64,000 nucleotides of DNA, taken from Psammoneis japonica (lineage: Eukaryota). Below the pieces are notes generated by a model that had not been told where the DNA came from, did not search any database, and saw nothing but the letters and a program-made list of their open reading frames with translations. Positions 62,590-64,000 of the stretch are shown here, one piece after another (the first letter of the stretch is position 1; every line of letters begins with the position of its first letter). The DNA lies in assembly GCA_008632985.1 (NCBI GenBank), contig QPGO01000160.1, positions 1-64,000 on the forward strand. Direction: 5' to 3'. Both the position numbers and the translations under genes were made by a program.

Positions 62590-64000
62590 ATGTTGTCAGA
62601 CGAACCCCTTGAGGAAAAATGGCTCAAGCATGACGCCTCTCGACAAACTACTACAGGAGATGCTGGAGTTACATTTGCAAGGAGCGACACGTCGAGTAAA
62701 AACAATTTAACGCAACAACAGTCTTTAGCAGAAACCCATCAGAGAAAAGAAAAAGCGGAAGACGACACAGAAGAGTCGTCCTCGGGTGATGATGATCTCA
62801 ACAACATGGATGTTCCTCTCTTCAAGTATGCTCGTCTCGTCGGCAGTCTTCCTCGTCGTAGCGCTCAAGACAGTACCGTGAGCGGTTCCAACAATTACTT
62901 TAGCGACCCCTGCACGTGCAGTGCCATGGCGTGTGTCGTGTTGCCTCCTCCATTCGATAATTATGGAGGTTTGTCATCTTCAAAATCGGATGGAATGGAT
63001 TTGAATAGTAACAGTATGGATTCTGCAGCAGCTGCAGCAGAAAACACGGCTGCTCTGGTTCAGCCACCCTTTTACAATATAATCGCCATGGGATTCGAGA
63101 CGGGTAAAGTGTATGTTACGGATGCGACAACGGGAATATCGGTAGTCACGGAGCAACTAATTGTGCACAATATCGTTTCTAAAGAAGCACCGATTGTGGA
63201 CTTGTCCTTTGATGCGAGTGGAACGCACTTGGCAGCCGTGAATCAAATGGGACTTGTGGCAATCTGGGACTTTAAATTTCAAACGGTTGCACCCAATCCA
63301 CTCCAGAGAGATCGCGGCGGCTCGCTATTATCCACGGCGGTTGCGGCTCTCTCGACTTGTTCTATTCAAGCATCGCGAATGCCCTATCCCGCCTCGTTTG
63401 GTCCACCCACATGTCTCAAGCTGGATCCCGCGTACAAGAAACGCCGTGAAAAGGCCGTCTTGGTTGGGTTTGCCGATGGCCGTCTCGTGTTGACCAAGCG
63501 TAGTTTCATCATGTTTGGACGACGCACCGACTCGGTCATTTATCAATCTCCTACAACGAAAAGTGGTGTCGGAGGCATTGAGGCCTTGGCATGGCGTGGT
63601 TCTCTCATTTCGTGGGCCGATTTCAGTGGAATCAAACTGTTTGATGTCGAGTCCATGGCACGGATCGCTCATGTGGACCGTCCAAGTGGTGCACGGCTTT
63701 CTCTGTATCCGACACTTTCGTCCTTGAGTCCGAGTCTTTTGTTTGAAACGTCGGAATCCTTTTTGATTGGGTGGGGCGATTGTGTTATGGCCATGACCAT
63801 CAAGGGAACCAATAATGGCGGAGGAGCCGTAGTGGAGGATACCGCAGCCGTAATGAGTGGTGGCGATGCGCTGCAGCTGCAGCAGCAACCAAGTCACTGA
63901 GAAAGGTAGAGTGTACCATGGCGTGGGAACTGGACTGTGTCGCGTGTGGCGTAGTGCCGCTCGACAAGGATCACTTGATTGTGTTGGGTTTGTGTGTACC
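62590..64000 (+). CDS. VPS41: Vps41-like HOPS subunit, N-terminal WD40 region; runs off the window
   Basis: PLFKYARL, LDPAY, AWRGSLISWAD..GIKLFD, LIGWGD; continues as VECTMAWELDC after an apparent frameshift near 63895. Confidence 0.75.

Overview
Eukaryotic genomic window, most likely from a diatom (inferred from compact genes, ~85-105 nt introns and CoDi-type Copia elements). Host genes: a hypothetical protein, a CAMK-group kinase, phosphoglycerate mutase, two tandem Cys-rich secreted proteins, a GT7-GT7-sulfotransferase, MnSOD, Ubc4/5, RBX1, a TPT-transporter/pyruvyltransferase fusion, a membrane protein and Vps41. These alternate with four transposon islands (~14.9-25.6, 33.2-46.0, 46.6-49.8 and 53.3-61.2 kb) containing Copia, Gypsy, Ngaro/DIRS and a Harbinger/ISL2EU-like DNA transposon. 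The main signal is that every transposon island, and no host gene, is stripped of TpA dinucleotides by directional TA->TG/CA transitions. Tyr codons have become Cys/His and TAA/TAG stops are largely gone. Paired LTRs and Ngaro repeats show the process directly, and it appears to outpace CpG decay. This looks like a repeat-targeted, RIP-like mutagenesis acting on A:T pairs; the mechanism is unknown. Other notable items: an XPG/Exo1 nuclease joined to a THAP-DDE transposase, an internal inversion in a Copia element with intact LTRs and target-site duplication (TSD), and two glycan-modifying fusion genes. Several conserved genes carry single-base frameshifts, suggesting assembly indels. All calls come from motif reading by eye; no database searches were run.
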